From positions 1 through 58,052 of the IMG/VR virus record IMGVR_UViG_3300036770_003243: a DNA stretch of 58,052 nucleotides; one strand, 5' to 3'. A program made the position numbers and the translations under genes. Of this stretch, positions 1-8,919 are shown piece by piece (the first letter of the stretch is position 1; each line of letters starts with the position of its first letter). The DNA comes from a virus. Lineage: Duplodnaviria > Caudoviricetes. The notes below the pieces were generated by a model that was not told the origin of the DNA, did not search any database, and was given only the letters and a program-made list of their open reading frames with translations.

Positions 1-127
1 CTTGCGCCGATCATCGCACTGGACAAGGGCAAAGCGGCAAAGAGCCTCGAGAGCTTCCTTGCACGATTGCGAATCTGGCCGATCCTCAATCGCATCGGGT
101 TCTTGGCCCAGAACGAGCTGGATCCCC
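1..127. repeat. Terminal overlap identical to 57926-58052 (circular contig, unit length 57,925 bp)
   Basis: Exact 127-bp identity of the two ends; an ORF reads in frame across the junction. Confidence 0.97.
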
Positions 128-2409
128 AGCAGCTGGACGGCACAAGCCTCCTGCTCGTTGAAGTCGATGCTCTCGTCAAGAAGGCGAAGGCCATGCTCCC
201 GCCCGACGACGCCAAGACTGGAGACCAGTTTCAGGCTGCGCTGGACAAGCTGCCTTCCAAGGTCAAGGCCATCAAGGATGCGGAAGTCGCCCTGATGCGG
301 GCACAGCTTGGCAAGCAAGCCACATTCACGTTGGCCGAGAGCCACATCACGGGTCCGAATGCGAAGCGGATCACGTGGAAGGGTGCCGTCCCCGTGCAGA
401 ACCGCGTCGCGGTAGCGTCGCTGGACACGGGCACTGGCAAGGACACGTGGGAATATCCGATTCCCGACGTCTACCTCATGGACGGCCAGTACTTCCCGTT
501 CTCCCCTACGAGCAACTCCATCAAGAAGGTGGAGCCCTCTGACTGGCGGAACGTGACGTACGTTGCCGAGATCCCGGGGCTTGCCGACTACATCCCCCTC
601 AATTCCTACGACCAGTCTCACGGCAAGACGTCCTTCAACGGCCCCGGGCCAGATTCCAACGGCAAGACCGCAACAAAGCTCGAAGATCTGGGCAACTACA
701 CGTCCGAGAACGATAACGTGGTGTTCGAATCGGGGTCCATCTACGGATCCCCGCTTGCCCCCAAGAGGTCCAAGGTGGCCAACACGTTTCCTGCGGCGGA
801 TGGCGACTACGGCATCATCGAGCAGAACAAGGACATGGAGCCAGCGGCGCTTGAGCGCCTCAATGACCAGAGCATGCGGCTGCACGGCAAGCCCTACAAC
901 GGCATCGCCACCACGGGCGGACCAAACGGCACCCAGCGGTACACGCTGGGGTCAATGATTGCCTACGGACTGTGGCTGGATCCTGAGTGGGGAGGTGGAA
1001 ACCCATTTGATACCAAGTGGGCTTCCGTCGTGGCCGCATCCGTCGCACCGTCCTTGCGCAAGGCGCAGTCGACCTACCGCAAGGCGATCCAAGGCCCTGA
1101 CGGGGAGTGGACCAAGGCCAAGGATGCCAAAGCCCTCGTCATGGGGCTGCTCGACAACATCGCCCCCGTCCCCGTAGTCCCCGTCAAGTGGCAGGCTCTC
1201 GGGATCAAGGCCAAGGTGCTCCAGCCATCCTACGACTGGCAGGGCTGGACGAGCGTGATGATGGGCGATAGCCCTTGGCGCAAGAATCTCCTCGCCCTCC
1301 TCACGCAGCAGAACATGCAAGCGTGGAACCGCAAGTACAACGACCAGCAGCTGCTTGACCTCTACAAGGAGATCATCGACGCCCTCAAGGAGGCTTCGGA
1401 GGCCATGGACTCCAAGAAGTCGACCTACAGCAAGCTGTTCGCATGGACTCCGGGCAAGGGTGCGCCGCTGCCGTACCCGCTGGTCTACCCGATGGCCGAT
1501 GCGCTCGCTTCGGTTGCCAAGGTGGTGGCCGCAGACGCCACCTCCTCCGTGTCGGGGTTGAGCCCGCAGCAGATCACGCTTGTCGAGCTGCGGGCAAGGG
1601 CCAAGGCATCGACGCTGATCGCCATGAAGACGTCGGACATCGCAGCGTCGAGCCAGAGCACGACCGACGACATGATCAAGACGCTCAAGGAACTGGGGAA
1701 CACGCTGTACGGGTGCATGATCGGCCCAGCGCCTGAGGGTACCCCAGACCTCCTTGCCTACTACAAGGACGCCGTGCTGGCGTGCGCAAACAACCCCGCG
1801 CCTGACTCCATGGCGGGCCAGCTGGCGGCGCTTGTCGCGCAGTACGCTGAACTCAAGGCCAAGGCAGATGCGGGGGACGTCGAGGCGCAAGAGAAGCTGG
1901 CGCTACTTGCCGAGAAGATCAACTCCCGCAAGGAGGCGATGGGCGTGATGGTCGCCACCCGCGTATCCCGCCGCAAGCGGGCCACCGACAACACGACGGG
2001 CAAGGGTGGGACGAACGACATGCTCATCCGCAGCGAGAAGGCGATCAACGACTCCCGCCTCGATTCGATCCTCACCGTCACCGTCACTGGCAAGGACGGC
2101 AAGGGCGAGAGCATCGAGATTGTCATCCCCCCGACAAGCGAGGAGAAGGCTGCATCGGATGGTGCAAGCAGCGCCAACGATGCGACCGACGCCAGCATGC
2201 AGAACGGGGCAGCGTACGTCTACGGGGCTGGCGAGGGCCTCAAGATCCTGACGGAGAACTGGAAACTGCCGGTCGACCCGTTGATCTTGGATGACATCAA
2301 CAGCAACGCCAACGAGTCCAAGAAGGTGGTCACTCCAACCGAGAAGAAGGGTGGCGGCCTGCTGCTGCTCCTCTTGCTTGGGGCAGCCGCAGCTGCATCG
2401 CGAAAGTGA
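1..2409 (+). CDS. 3' part of a ~952-aa C-terminally membrane-anchored putative virion protein (starts at 57476, crosses the junction)
   Basis: Frame open from base 1; ends KKGGGLLLLLLLGAAAAASRK; helical/coiled-coil C-terminal half. Confidence 0.8.
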   Translation, partial: LAPIIALDKGKAAKSLESFLARLRIWPILNRIGFLAQNELDPQQLDGTSLLLVEVDALVKKAKAMLPPDDAKTGDQFQAALDKLPSKVKAIKDAEVALMRAQLGKQATFTLAESHITGPNAKRITWKGAVPVQNRVAVASLDTGTGKDTWEYPIPDVYLMDGQYFPFSPTSNSIKKVEPSDWRNVTYVAEIPGLADYIPLNSYDQSHGKTSFNGPGPDSNGKTATKLEDLGNYTSENDNVVFESGSIYGSPLAPKRSKVANTFPAADGDYGIIEQNKDMEPAALERLNDQSMRLHGKPYNGIATTGGPNGTQRYTLGSMIAYGLWLDPEWGGGNPFDTKWASVVAASVAPSLRKAQSTYRKAIQGPDGEWTKAKDAKALVMGLLDNIAPVPVVPVKWQALGIKAKVLQPSYDWQGWTSVMMGDSPWRKNLLALLTQQNMQAWNRKYNDQQLLDLYKEIIDALKEASEAMDSKKSTYSKLFAWTPGKGAPLPYPLVYPMADALASVAKVVAADATSSVSGLSPQQITLVELRARAKASTLIAMKTSDIAASSQSTTDDMIKTLKELGNTLYGCMIGPAPEGTPDLLAYYKDAVLACANNPAPDSMAGQLAALVAQYAELKAKADAGDVEAQEKLALLAEKINSRKEAMGVMVATRVSRRKRATDNTTGKGGTNDMLIRSEKAINDSRLDSILTVTVTGKDGKGESIEIVIPPTSEEKAASDGASSANDATDASMQNGAAYVYGAGEGLKILTENWKLPVDPLILDDINSNANESKKVVTPTEKKGGGLLLLLLLGAAAAASRK

Positions 2410-2413
2410 CGGA

Positions 2414-2512
2414 TTGATCAGGGGAGCCAGATAGGCAATAATCCGAGCAGGATGGCGGGCACATTGCCCACGCCTGCTCCTGTTGAGGCGGCAAGCCCGC
2501 AAAGAGGACGAC
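2414..2512 (+). promoter_or_regulatory. Candidate promoter plus structured leader
   Basis: TTGATC-17-AATAAT (2414-2442); hairpin GAGCAGG..CCTGCTC (2445-2479); GCGGCAAGCCCGCAAA (2488-2503); SD GAGGA. Confidence 0.45.
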
Positions 2513-2914
2513 ATGATGCACCATCGGTACCGGTACATGGCAGGCGTTGACGACTACGACTGGAGCAAGTGGCCTTCGGGGTCATTCCCGTTGACTGAGG
2601 ATCTCAAGGTCAAGGCTGCGGCGATTGCCGACAAGTTCACCAGCGCGGCGGATGCGGACAAGTACATGGCCGAATCCTCCGATCCACTCGCCCTCAAGGT
2701 GGCGGTCCAATACGCGGCCACGGCCAAGAAGGCACCCACCTTCAAGCCGACGTTCACGTCTTCGGCCAGCCAGAGCGCGGCTGTGACGACCATGTACGAC
2801 GTCCCTGCGTCCACGACCCCGCCCCCTCCTCCTGCTGAGAAGGAGAAGAGCGAGACCCCGTGGCTGCTCATCGCTGGTGGCGCTGCCCTGCTGTTCCTGC
2901 TGATGCGCAAGTAG
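2513..2914 (+). CDS. Small tail-anchored membrane protein, paralog of the N-terminal domain of the junction-spanning protein
   Basis: AGVDDYDWSKW..DADKYMAESSDPL matches the 57476 ORF; C-terminal TM WLLIAGGAALLFLLMRK. Confidence 0.8.
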   Translation: MMHHRYRYMAGVDDYDWSKWPSGSFPLTEDLKVKAAAIADKFTSAADADKYMAESSDPLALKVAVQYAATAKKAPTFKPTFTSSASQSAAVTTMYDVPASTTPPPPPAEKEKSETPWLLIAGGAALLFLLMRK

Positions 2915-2922
2915 GGGGGAAC

Positions 2923-4539
2923 GTGACTCCTGCGCAGGCCGAGCGCGCATTTGCCCGCCTGAGGGCCGCTGTTGCCGCACGCTACCCTGCGGCGCAGGAT
3001 GTCACGTTGCGCCTGCACAAGCGGCACTTCCTGCGCTCTCCCAAGGCACGGGATCTGGCTTGGTACGACCCCACCGACCGCACGGTGAACTTGCTGCACT
3101 CGGCCCTGCGTGGCCCTGCGGGGCGGGTGGAGGGCCTGATCGCCCATGAGCTTGGGCATGCTGCCGATCCCGTGCCAGAGGCCAACTACGCCGAGCGCAG
3201 GGCCGATGCGATGGCCAAGAAGGCGCTGGGAGTCCCCGTCCGGTATGACAAGGACGACGTCCAGAACCTGCGGCAAGGCAGGACACCACGGCCAGCACGG
3301 CTGCCTGAGAACCGCCCAAGAGGAGCTGCCATGAAGCGCAACCCGACCTCCCCCAAGACCGCCCGCAAGCCTGACCCGTGGCTGGTGCGAATCGCAACGG
3401 AAGTGCTCCAATTCCCAACGCTTGAGACTCGCGGGCGGGACTCCCTCGACTTCAAAGAAGTCGCCGTCTGGAATGTAAAACAGGCGCTCGACGGTGCCTA
3501 CCGTCGCGGGTTTGTCAAAGGTGGGGGGATGCTCTCAGGCCCATCTATCCACACCTTCACCGACCCCGTCGCCGTTGCCGCGATTGCGAAGAAGTTCTTC
3601 AACTTCCCCACGCTTGAGACTCACCGAGTGGGAGACCTCGACTTCAAAGAGGTTGCCGTGTGGAACGTCATGCCTGCGCTGGAGGATGCGCATCGTGCGG
3701 GATTCGCAGCCGCCAGAGGCAAGAAGCGCAACCCCACTGCTGCGTACCACCGCACACGCGGGGACGCCAAGCTGGTTCTGGCCGAAGACTCCCTGCGTAC
3801 GGCGAAGGTGCTGCGGCGCAAGGGGGACGCCAGTGGGAGCCACGATGCACTGATACATGCCCACCGCATGGCGGCGCTTGCCGAGTCCGACTTGCTGGAC
3901 GGATCAAGCCCGAAGGCTGCAAAAGCCAAGCAGCTCGCATGGTGGAAGGCATACAGCGCTCTGGCGGCGGACAAGAAGCGCAACCCCAGCAAGGCTGCCA
4001 AGCTCGCCTCGCTGGATCGGCGCATCAAGGCTGCGGAGGAGGCGGGCATCCCCCCGCACTACCTGATGGAGCAGCGCGACCTGCTGGCCAAGAAGGCCAA
4101 GCGAAACCCCGCAGGCAAGGCAAGCCCGCTCAAGGGCACCCGGCTTCCAGAGGCCCATGCGCGGCACGTTGCCGAGGGGCTGCTGGGGCGCATGCACGCA
4201 GACGGGGCCGACACCTTCGCCAAGAAGGTCAAGTGGGTCAAGAAGCACATGCCGCAGATCGATCGCCCCCGCACCTTTGTCGGCTGGGTGACCAAGGGCG
4301 AGCGTGGGCGCGTGGTGCGCAACCCCACCTCTGGCTACGAGGCCAAGCTCAAGGAGGCTGGCGACAACCGCGCCAAGCTGTACCGCTCGCTGGCTGGCAA
4401 GACCAAGGAGCAGCTACTGGCCATGCTGGGCACCTACTATCGATTGCACTCAATGTCGACCAAGAGCAGCAAGACGGATCTCAAGTACGCCATCACCAGC
4501 GCGGCCTACCCCGACCCGCGCCCACCCCGTTCTCGCTAG
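2923..4539 (+). CDS. Zincin-like metallopeptidase domain fused to a basic RNP-repeat modular protein
   Basis: HELGH..ERRADAMA motif; five RNP motifs; two copies of TLET..D.LDFKEVAVWNV..AL (resembles DUF6900); GTG start after GGGGGA; internal AGGAG-ATG at 3331. Confidence 0.7.
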   Translation: MTPAQAERAFARLRAAVAARYPAAQDVTLRLHKRHFLRSPKARDLAWYDPTDRTVNLLHSALRGPAGRVEGLIAHELGHAADPVPEANYAERRADAMAKKALGVPVRYDKDDVQNLRQGRTPRPARLPENRPRGAAMKRNPTSPKTARKPDPWLVRIATEVLQFPTLETRGRDSLDFKEVAVWNVKQALDGAYRRGFVKGGGMLSGPSIHTFTDPVAVAAIAKKFFNFPTLETHRVGDLDFKEVAVWNVMPALEDAHRAGFAAARGKKRNPTAAYHRTRGDAKLVLAEDSLRTAKVLRRKGDASGSHDALIHAHRMAALAESDLLDGSSPKAAKAKQLAWWKAYSALAADKKRNPSKAAKLASLDRRIKAAEEAGIPPHYLMEQRDLLAKKAKRNPAGKASPLKGTRLPEAHARHVAEGLLGRMHADGADTFAKKVKWVKKHMPQIDRPRTFVGWVTKGERGRVVRNPTSGYEAKLKEAGDNRAKLYRSLAGKTKEQLLAMLGTYYRLHSMSTKSSKTDLKYAITSAAYPDPRPPRSR

Positions 4540-4595
4540 ACGACAATCAGCATTTGCAATAAATTTAGGGAGGGGCGATCCCCTTGGAGATAACC

Positions 4596-5366
4596 ATGCA
4601 CCTGACTGAGCAAGACAAGAAGGCGGCCAAGGATGGCTTCAAGTACGTGGTCGTCCGTGGCGGCAAGCGCGTCGCCTACACCACCACCGTGGCCGAGGGC
4701 AAGCGTGAGTGCGGCAAGACCGGTCGGGTCGTATCGATCGCTGGCATGACCTACGCTGCGCAGAACCCCGCCGCCAAGGCCAAGCGCCGCAACCCAGCGA
4801 CCTTCGGTGACCTGTCGATCGGTCAGGAGTTCGACTTTGTGTCGGGCACTTCCTATGACTCGTTCTACGATCGCTGCGTCAAGACTGGTGCGCGAACCTA
4901 CAAGCCAATCGAGGGGAAGCTGAAGGGCCATTCTCTGAAGGTCGGCAGCATCAAGGCTAAAGTCTATCATGTCGGCGGCGTGCGCAACCCCACATCGCGG
5001 ACGGAGGTACTGGCCAAGCAGTGGTACTACCTGACGGACGGCAATGCGCTCGTCCCTGTGGCACGCACCACCCACTTGCAGGCACTCAAGAAGGCCAGAG
5101 ACCTCGTCGAGAAGGACGTTGAGCTTCGGGGGATGCGCCTTGTGTCCGCGACGCAAGTCGCCAAGGACAAGACCCGCAACCCCAGCAGAGGTGCTGCCGA
5201 GGGTTCGGTAGAGAAGTTCATCAACGCCTCTGGCCAGACTGGCTGGCTGGTCTACGACCGCCACGGTCGCCGCGTTGGCTTCTATGCGAACAAGGCGCTC
5301 GCGCTTGAGGTGCTTGCCTCTGCCAACAGCAAGCGCCGCAACCCCGCCAAGCGGAGGCGTGCATGA
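4596..5366 (+). CDS. Basic RNP-repeat modular protein (putative core/DNA-binding)
   Basis: K/R-rich; four RNP motifs; SD GGAG. Confidence 0.7.
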   Translation: MHLTEQDKKAAKDGFKYVVVRGGKRVAYTTTVAEGKRECGKTGRVVSIAGMTYAAQNPAAKAKRRNPATFGDLSIGQEFDFVSGTSYDSFYDRCVKTGARTYKPIEGKLKGHSLKVGSIKAKVYHVGGVRNPTSRTEVLAKQWYYLTDGNALVPVARTTHLQALKKARDLVEKDVELRGMRLVSATQVAKDKTRNPSRGAAEGSVEKFINASGQTGWLVYDRHGRRVGFYANKALALEVLASANSKRRNPAKRRRA

Positions 5367-5692
5367 TGACGCAGTACCCGTACGGAATCGGAGGACGCCA
5401 CTTCGCGGGGCCAGAAGGCCCGCCTGCGGCGTTGACCGACCCGCTGGCCCAGATGATCTCGGACAAGATCAACAATGCCCTGCAAGGTGGCCCCAAGGGC
5501 TCGGAGCAGAACAAGGCGCAGGTCGAGTTCTTCAGCGACGTCTTGAGCTTGACGGGCCAGAAGTTTGTCGCCAGCGACAAGGGCAAGAAGGCAATCGATG
5601 ATGCCACGACAAAGGCCGTCTATGGCATCCTCGTCCCCTTGTCGTTGGCTGCCTTTGTGGCAGGATACCTGCTGGGCAGCCGCAAGGGGTGA
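5363..5692 (+). CDS. Tail-anchored membrane protein
   Basis: ATGA overlap with the upstream stop; HFAG leader; C-terminal hydrophobic helix followed by RKG. Confidence 0.75.
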   Translation: MMTQYPYGIGGRHFAGPEGPPAALTDPLAQMISDKINNALQGGPKGSEQNKAQVEFFSDVLSLTGQKFVASDKGKKAIDDATTKAVYGILVPLSLAAFVAGYLLGSRKG

Positions 5693-5695
5693 TCC

Positions 5696-6265
5696 ATGAT
5701 GGTCGGGCACGGCACAATCAGCGCAAAGGCCCACGGCAGGGCCATGGGAGGCCCCAGCCTCGCGGGCGCTGACTTGGCCACGCTCCAGACCTTGCGCCAG
5801 AAGTACGGCGACGGGCCGCACAGCGGCATCAACGAGATCTCGGACATCATGTCCACGCTGGTCTACCCGCTGTTCACCGACAAGGACTGGCAGTACTGCA
5901 CGATCAACATGTGGCTCAACGGCGTCCCCAGCGAGGACGACCTGTCGTGGAAGGCCAAGTTCGGCTCCGAGATGCTCACGCTTGAGGAGCAATGTGGCGA
6001 CCACTCGTTCCTCAACCAGTACGATGCCGCCTTCGATGACTTCGCCGACAAGGGCGCGCCCAAGGAAGTCATCGATTGGCTGCGCCAGAAGGGCAAGACT
6101 ACCTACGAGAAGAAGATCAAGCTGACCGAGAAGGAAGGCGCAGAGGCCGTCAAGAAGGGCGTCGAGGCCGCAAAGAAGTCGGTCAACCCGTTCGAGAACC
6201 CGTGGGTGGTCGGCGGCATCGCCGCTGCCGTCGTCCTGCTGTTGCTGATCAAAACCAAGAAGTGA
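5696..6265 (+). CDS. Tail-anchored membrane protein
   Basis: SLAG leader; C-terminal WVVGGIAAAVVLLLLIKTKK. Confidence 0.75.
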   Translation: MMVGHGTISAKAHGRAMGGPSLAGADLATLQTLRQKYGDGPHSGINEISDIMSTLVYPLFTDKDWQYCTINMWLNGVPSEDDLSWKAKFGSEMLTLEEQCGDHSFLNQYDAAFDDFADKGAPKEVIDWLRQKGKTTYEKKIKLTEKEGAEAVKKGVEAAKKSVNPFENPWVVGGIAAAVVLLLLIKTKK

Positions 6266-6272
6266 GGCTCCC

Positions 6273-6998
6273 ATGATGACTTGCGAGACGTGCAGCGGAT
6301 CGATCCCCGCCTACAAGACCTACACCCAGAAGGGCTACTACGATCCGCCGTTCCGCATCTCGGGGATGAGCGGCGCGATCGAGCAGACGGGCAAGTACAT
6401 GTGGCCCATTGAGGATCTGGACTCCTTCCCGTACGTGCAGTGGGTCGGCCCCGTCAAGATCCGCAGCAAGCCAGAACTCAAGAGCGAGCACATCATCGGC
6501 GACATCGACCAGAAGCGCGTCTACAAGGTGCTCGACTCCGCCCGCGAGAACTTCCCAGACTGGAAGTCGATGAAGGTTGGCGACTTCGAGACCTTCTACC
6601 TCCTGATCGGCGATGCCGAGACCGACGAGCAGATCGGCTGGGCCATCCCGCAAGAGTCCTACAAGTACGCTGACGACGGCTTTGTAGCCATGCAGTTCGG
6701 CGTGCGAGTGAACGGCGTCGCAGGGCTCAGCGCCGATAATCGCAAGAAGTATGAGAAGCTGCTTGCCGATGCCAAAGCGGCCTACGAGAAGCTCAAGGCT
6801 TCTGGCGGCGGTGGAGGCGGCGGTAAAGGCGGTGGTGGCGGTGGAGGCGGCAGTGGCGGCGGTGGGGGGGACAAGCCCCCGACCACGGTCAGCGACACCA
6901 AGAAGGAAGCCGACAAGAAGACCAGCAAGGGTGCCGGGTCCGGCGTCCTGCTTGCCTTGGCGCTTGGCGTCGGCGCTTACTTCATGAGCAAGAACTGA
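6273..6998 (+). CDS. Tail-anchored protein with possible SH3b-like domain and poly-Gly linker (paralog A)
   Basis: VKIRSKP..S..IG....VYKVL..GW pattern; Gly run; C-terminal TM; near-identical 5' half to 7024-7698. Confidence 0.7.
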   Translation: MMTCETCSGSIPAYKTYTQKGYYDPPFRISGMSGAIEQTGKYMWPIEDLDSFPYVQWVGPVKIRSKPELKSEHIIGDIDQKRVYKVLDSARENFPDWKSMKVGDFETFYLLIGDAETDEQIGWAIPQESYKYADDGFVAMQFGVRVNGVAGLSADNRKKYEKLLADAKAAYEKLKASGGGGGGGKGGGGGGGGSGGGGGDKPPTTVSDTKKEADKKTSKGAGSGVLLALALGVGAYFMSKN

Positions 6999-7023
6999 TG
7001 TAGCGGACCAAGCGAGGTGGATC

Positions 7024-7698
7024 ATGATGACAAGCGAGACGTGCAGCGGTTCAATCCCTGCCTACAAGACCTACACCCAGAAGGGCTACTACGATCCGCC
7101 GTTCCGCATCTCGGGGCTGAGCGGCGCTATTGAGCAGACGGGCAAGTACCCGTGGGCCATTCCCGCCGACTACCCGTACGCGCAGTGGGTCGCCCCCGTC
7201 AAGATCCGCAGCAAGCCAGAGCTCAAGAGCGACCTCGTCATCGGCGACATCGACAAGAAGCGCGTCTACAAGATCCTCGCCACGGCCCGTGAGCACTTCC
7301 CAGACTGGAAGTCGATGAAAGGCGGCGACTTCGAGAGCTACTACGCCCTGATCGGCGATGCAGTGACTGGGGAGCAGGTCGGCTGGGCTATCTTGATGGA
7401 GGGCTACAAGACCTCCAGCACGGACGAGACAGGCGTCATCATGAATTTCGGAATCCGCCTCGCTTCCGATGTCCCCCTCAATGATGAGCAGTTCAAGACC
7501 TACGGAACCCAGCTCCTCGAGGCCAAGGGGGTCTACGACAAGCTCAAGGCCAAGCCTGCATCTAGCGACCAGAGCGCCACCAAGATCCCTGAGCCCCCGC
7601 CCGTCGCCAAGAAGAGCAGTGGGGGCATGGGAGTCGCACTGCTTGTCGCATTGGCAGCTGGCGTCGGAACCTATTTCTTGGCCAAGAAGGGAGCCTGA
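7024..7698 (+). CDS. Tail-anchored protein with possible SH3b-like domain (paralog B)
   Basis: Tandem duplicate of 6273-6998; C-terminal TM followed by KKGA. Confidence 0.7.
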   Translation: MMTSETCSGSIPAYKTYTQKGYYDPPFRISGLSGAIEQTGKYPWAIPADYPYAQWVAPVKIRSKPELKSDLVIGDIDKKRVYKILATAREHFPDWKSMKGGDFESYYALIGDAVTGEQVGWAILMEGYKTSSTDETGVIMNFGIRLASDVPLNDEQFKTYGTQLLEAKGVYDKLKAKPASSDQSATKIPEPPPVAKKSSGGMGVALLVALAAGVGTYFLAKKGA

Positions 7699-7699
7699 T

Positions 7700-7894
7700 A
7701 TGATGACCAACGAGACCTGCGGGGGATCCGTATCCCCCGTTCCGAACTACAACGGCTACATCACGCCAGTCCACTCGACCGCAGGCATTGTGGGCGGCAA
7801 GCCAGAGAGCGACGGCGCAATGGCAAAGCTGCTGCTGCTGGGCGTCGGCGTGCTGGCCCTGTACTATCTGTTCCACAAGCGCAAGCGCGCCTAG
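7700..7894 (+). CDS. Small tail-anchored protein
   Basis: Starts MMTNETCGGS like the two upstream paralogs; TM followed by HKRKRA; SD GGAG. Confidence 0.7.
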   Translation: MMTNETCGGSVSPVPNYNGYITPVHSTAGIVGGKPESDGAMAKLLLLGVGVLALYYLFHKRKRA

Positions 7895-7907
7895 TCAGGA
7901 GGAAGCC

Positions 7908-8027
7908 ATGGAAGGCCAGTTCAACGGGTACGTCCCAGCCAAGTACAAGGTGCCGCTCACCATCGGCGGCATCGTGATCTTGGGCGCGCTGGGCTACCTC
8001 GCCTACAAGTACATCAAGGTCAAATGA
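7908..8027 (+). CDS. 39-aa membrane protein
   Basis: SD AGGAGG; one TM plus basic tail. Confidence 0.7.
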   Translation: MEGQFNGYVPAKYKVPLTIGGIVILGALGYLAYKYIKVK

Positions 8028-8350
8028 CCCCCGTGGACAAGTCCCAGCAGGAGCGATTCCTGCGGGAGATTGTCCCCGCAGCGGCCTCCATTTGCCCTGA
8101 ATATGGGCTGGACCCCAAGCGGTGCATCATGGAGGGCGCGATGGCGTCTTCCTGCGGGCGATTCACCATAGGGTGGAACTGGTGGAACCTGCAAGGAGCG
8201 GGTGACGCTGGCTTCTACACGCTGGTCGTACCCGTCCGCAACGGCAACAGCAAGACGGGTGGGTGGGGCAGCATTGAGCAGAAAGTAGCCAAGTTCAGCA
8301 CTCCCTACGCGGCGGTCAAGGCTTGGTGCATGGCGCAGGGAGGACGGTGA
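8024..8350 (+). CDS. Divergent glucosaminidase/FlgJ (GH73)-like protein
   Basis: FLREIVPAA...YGL.P..I..GAMASSCG...NWWNLQG..KF.T pattern; the usual ES glutamate is not at its normal position. Confidence 0.45.
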   Translation: MTPVDKSQQERFLREIVPAAASICPEYGLDPKRCIMEGAMASSCGRFTIGWNWWNLQGAGDAGFYTLVVPVRNGNSKTGGWGSIEQKVAKFSTPYAAVKAWCMAQGGR

Positions 8351-8919
8351 TGCTGGCAATACGGGGTACGCAAAAGGTTCCGCTGACGTGGCAGTACGTC
8401 ACGCTCAAGAATCCGCTTGAGGTTACCGACCCGGGCAACGTCGCATCCAAGATGACGATCCCCGCTGGCACGGTGATCCGCCTCTACACGGGCGTCGTCG
8501 GCTATGCCAACGACGACAAGAGCAACCCGATCAAGACGCCCAACAGCAAGGGCTTCAGCCTGATCGAGACGTTGCCCGATAGCAAGTCGCTGTTCTGGAA
8601 CTACTACAAGGACGAGCCGCAGTACTACGGCCTGCTCCAGTCGCAAGACTACGCCAAGCTGGAGCCTGCGCGACTTGAGCACTTGTGGATGGTCCAGTTC
8701 CCGAAGTCGGATGGCAAATACAAGGACACCCTCGTCTCGCAGGCGATGGCGGACTACTACGACAAGCTCAACAGCGGCGTTGCGATCCCCAAGCCCGACG
8801 AGGCATCCAGCAAGGACGAGGAGAAGGATGGCGAGGGGGGCAGCTACATCCTCCCTGCGCTGGTCATCGGCGCGCTTGCGGGATTCGCCCTGTACCAAGC
8901 GGCCAAGGGCAAGCGATGA
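8350..8919 (+). CDS. Tail-anchored membrane protein
   Basis: Overlaps the upstream stop; C-terminal TM followed by KGKR. Confidence 0.7.
   Translation: MLAIRGTQKVPLTWQYVTLKNPLEVTDPGNVASKMTIPAGTVIRLYTGVVGYANDDKSNPIKTPNSKGFSLIETLPDSKSLFWNYYKDEPQYYGLLQSQDYAKLEPARLEHLWMVQFPKSDGKYKDTLVSQAMADYYDKLNSGVAIPKPDEASSKDEEKDGEGGSYILPALVIGALAGFALYQAAKGKR

Noticed and set aside
1-2409. Tape-measure protein call for the largest ORF
   Set aside because: No tail genes around it, and it carries the same C-terminal anchor as the other membrane proteins
6802-6870. G-rich tract as a G-quadruplex or regulatory repeat
   Set aside because: Fully explained as a poly-Gly linker
6273-7350. Near-identical repeats as DGR template/variable repeats
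   Set aside because: No reverse transcriptase, both copies are coding, and differences are not obviously adenine-specific
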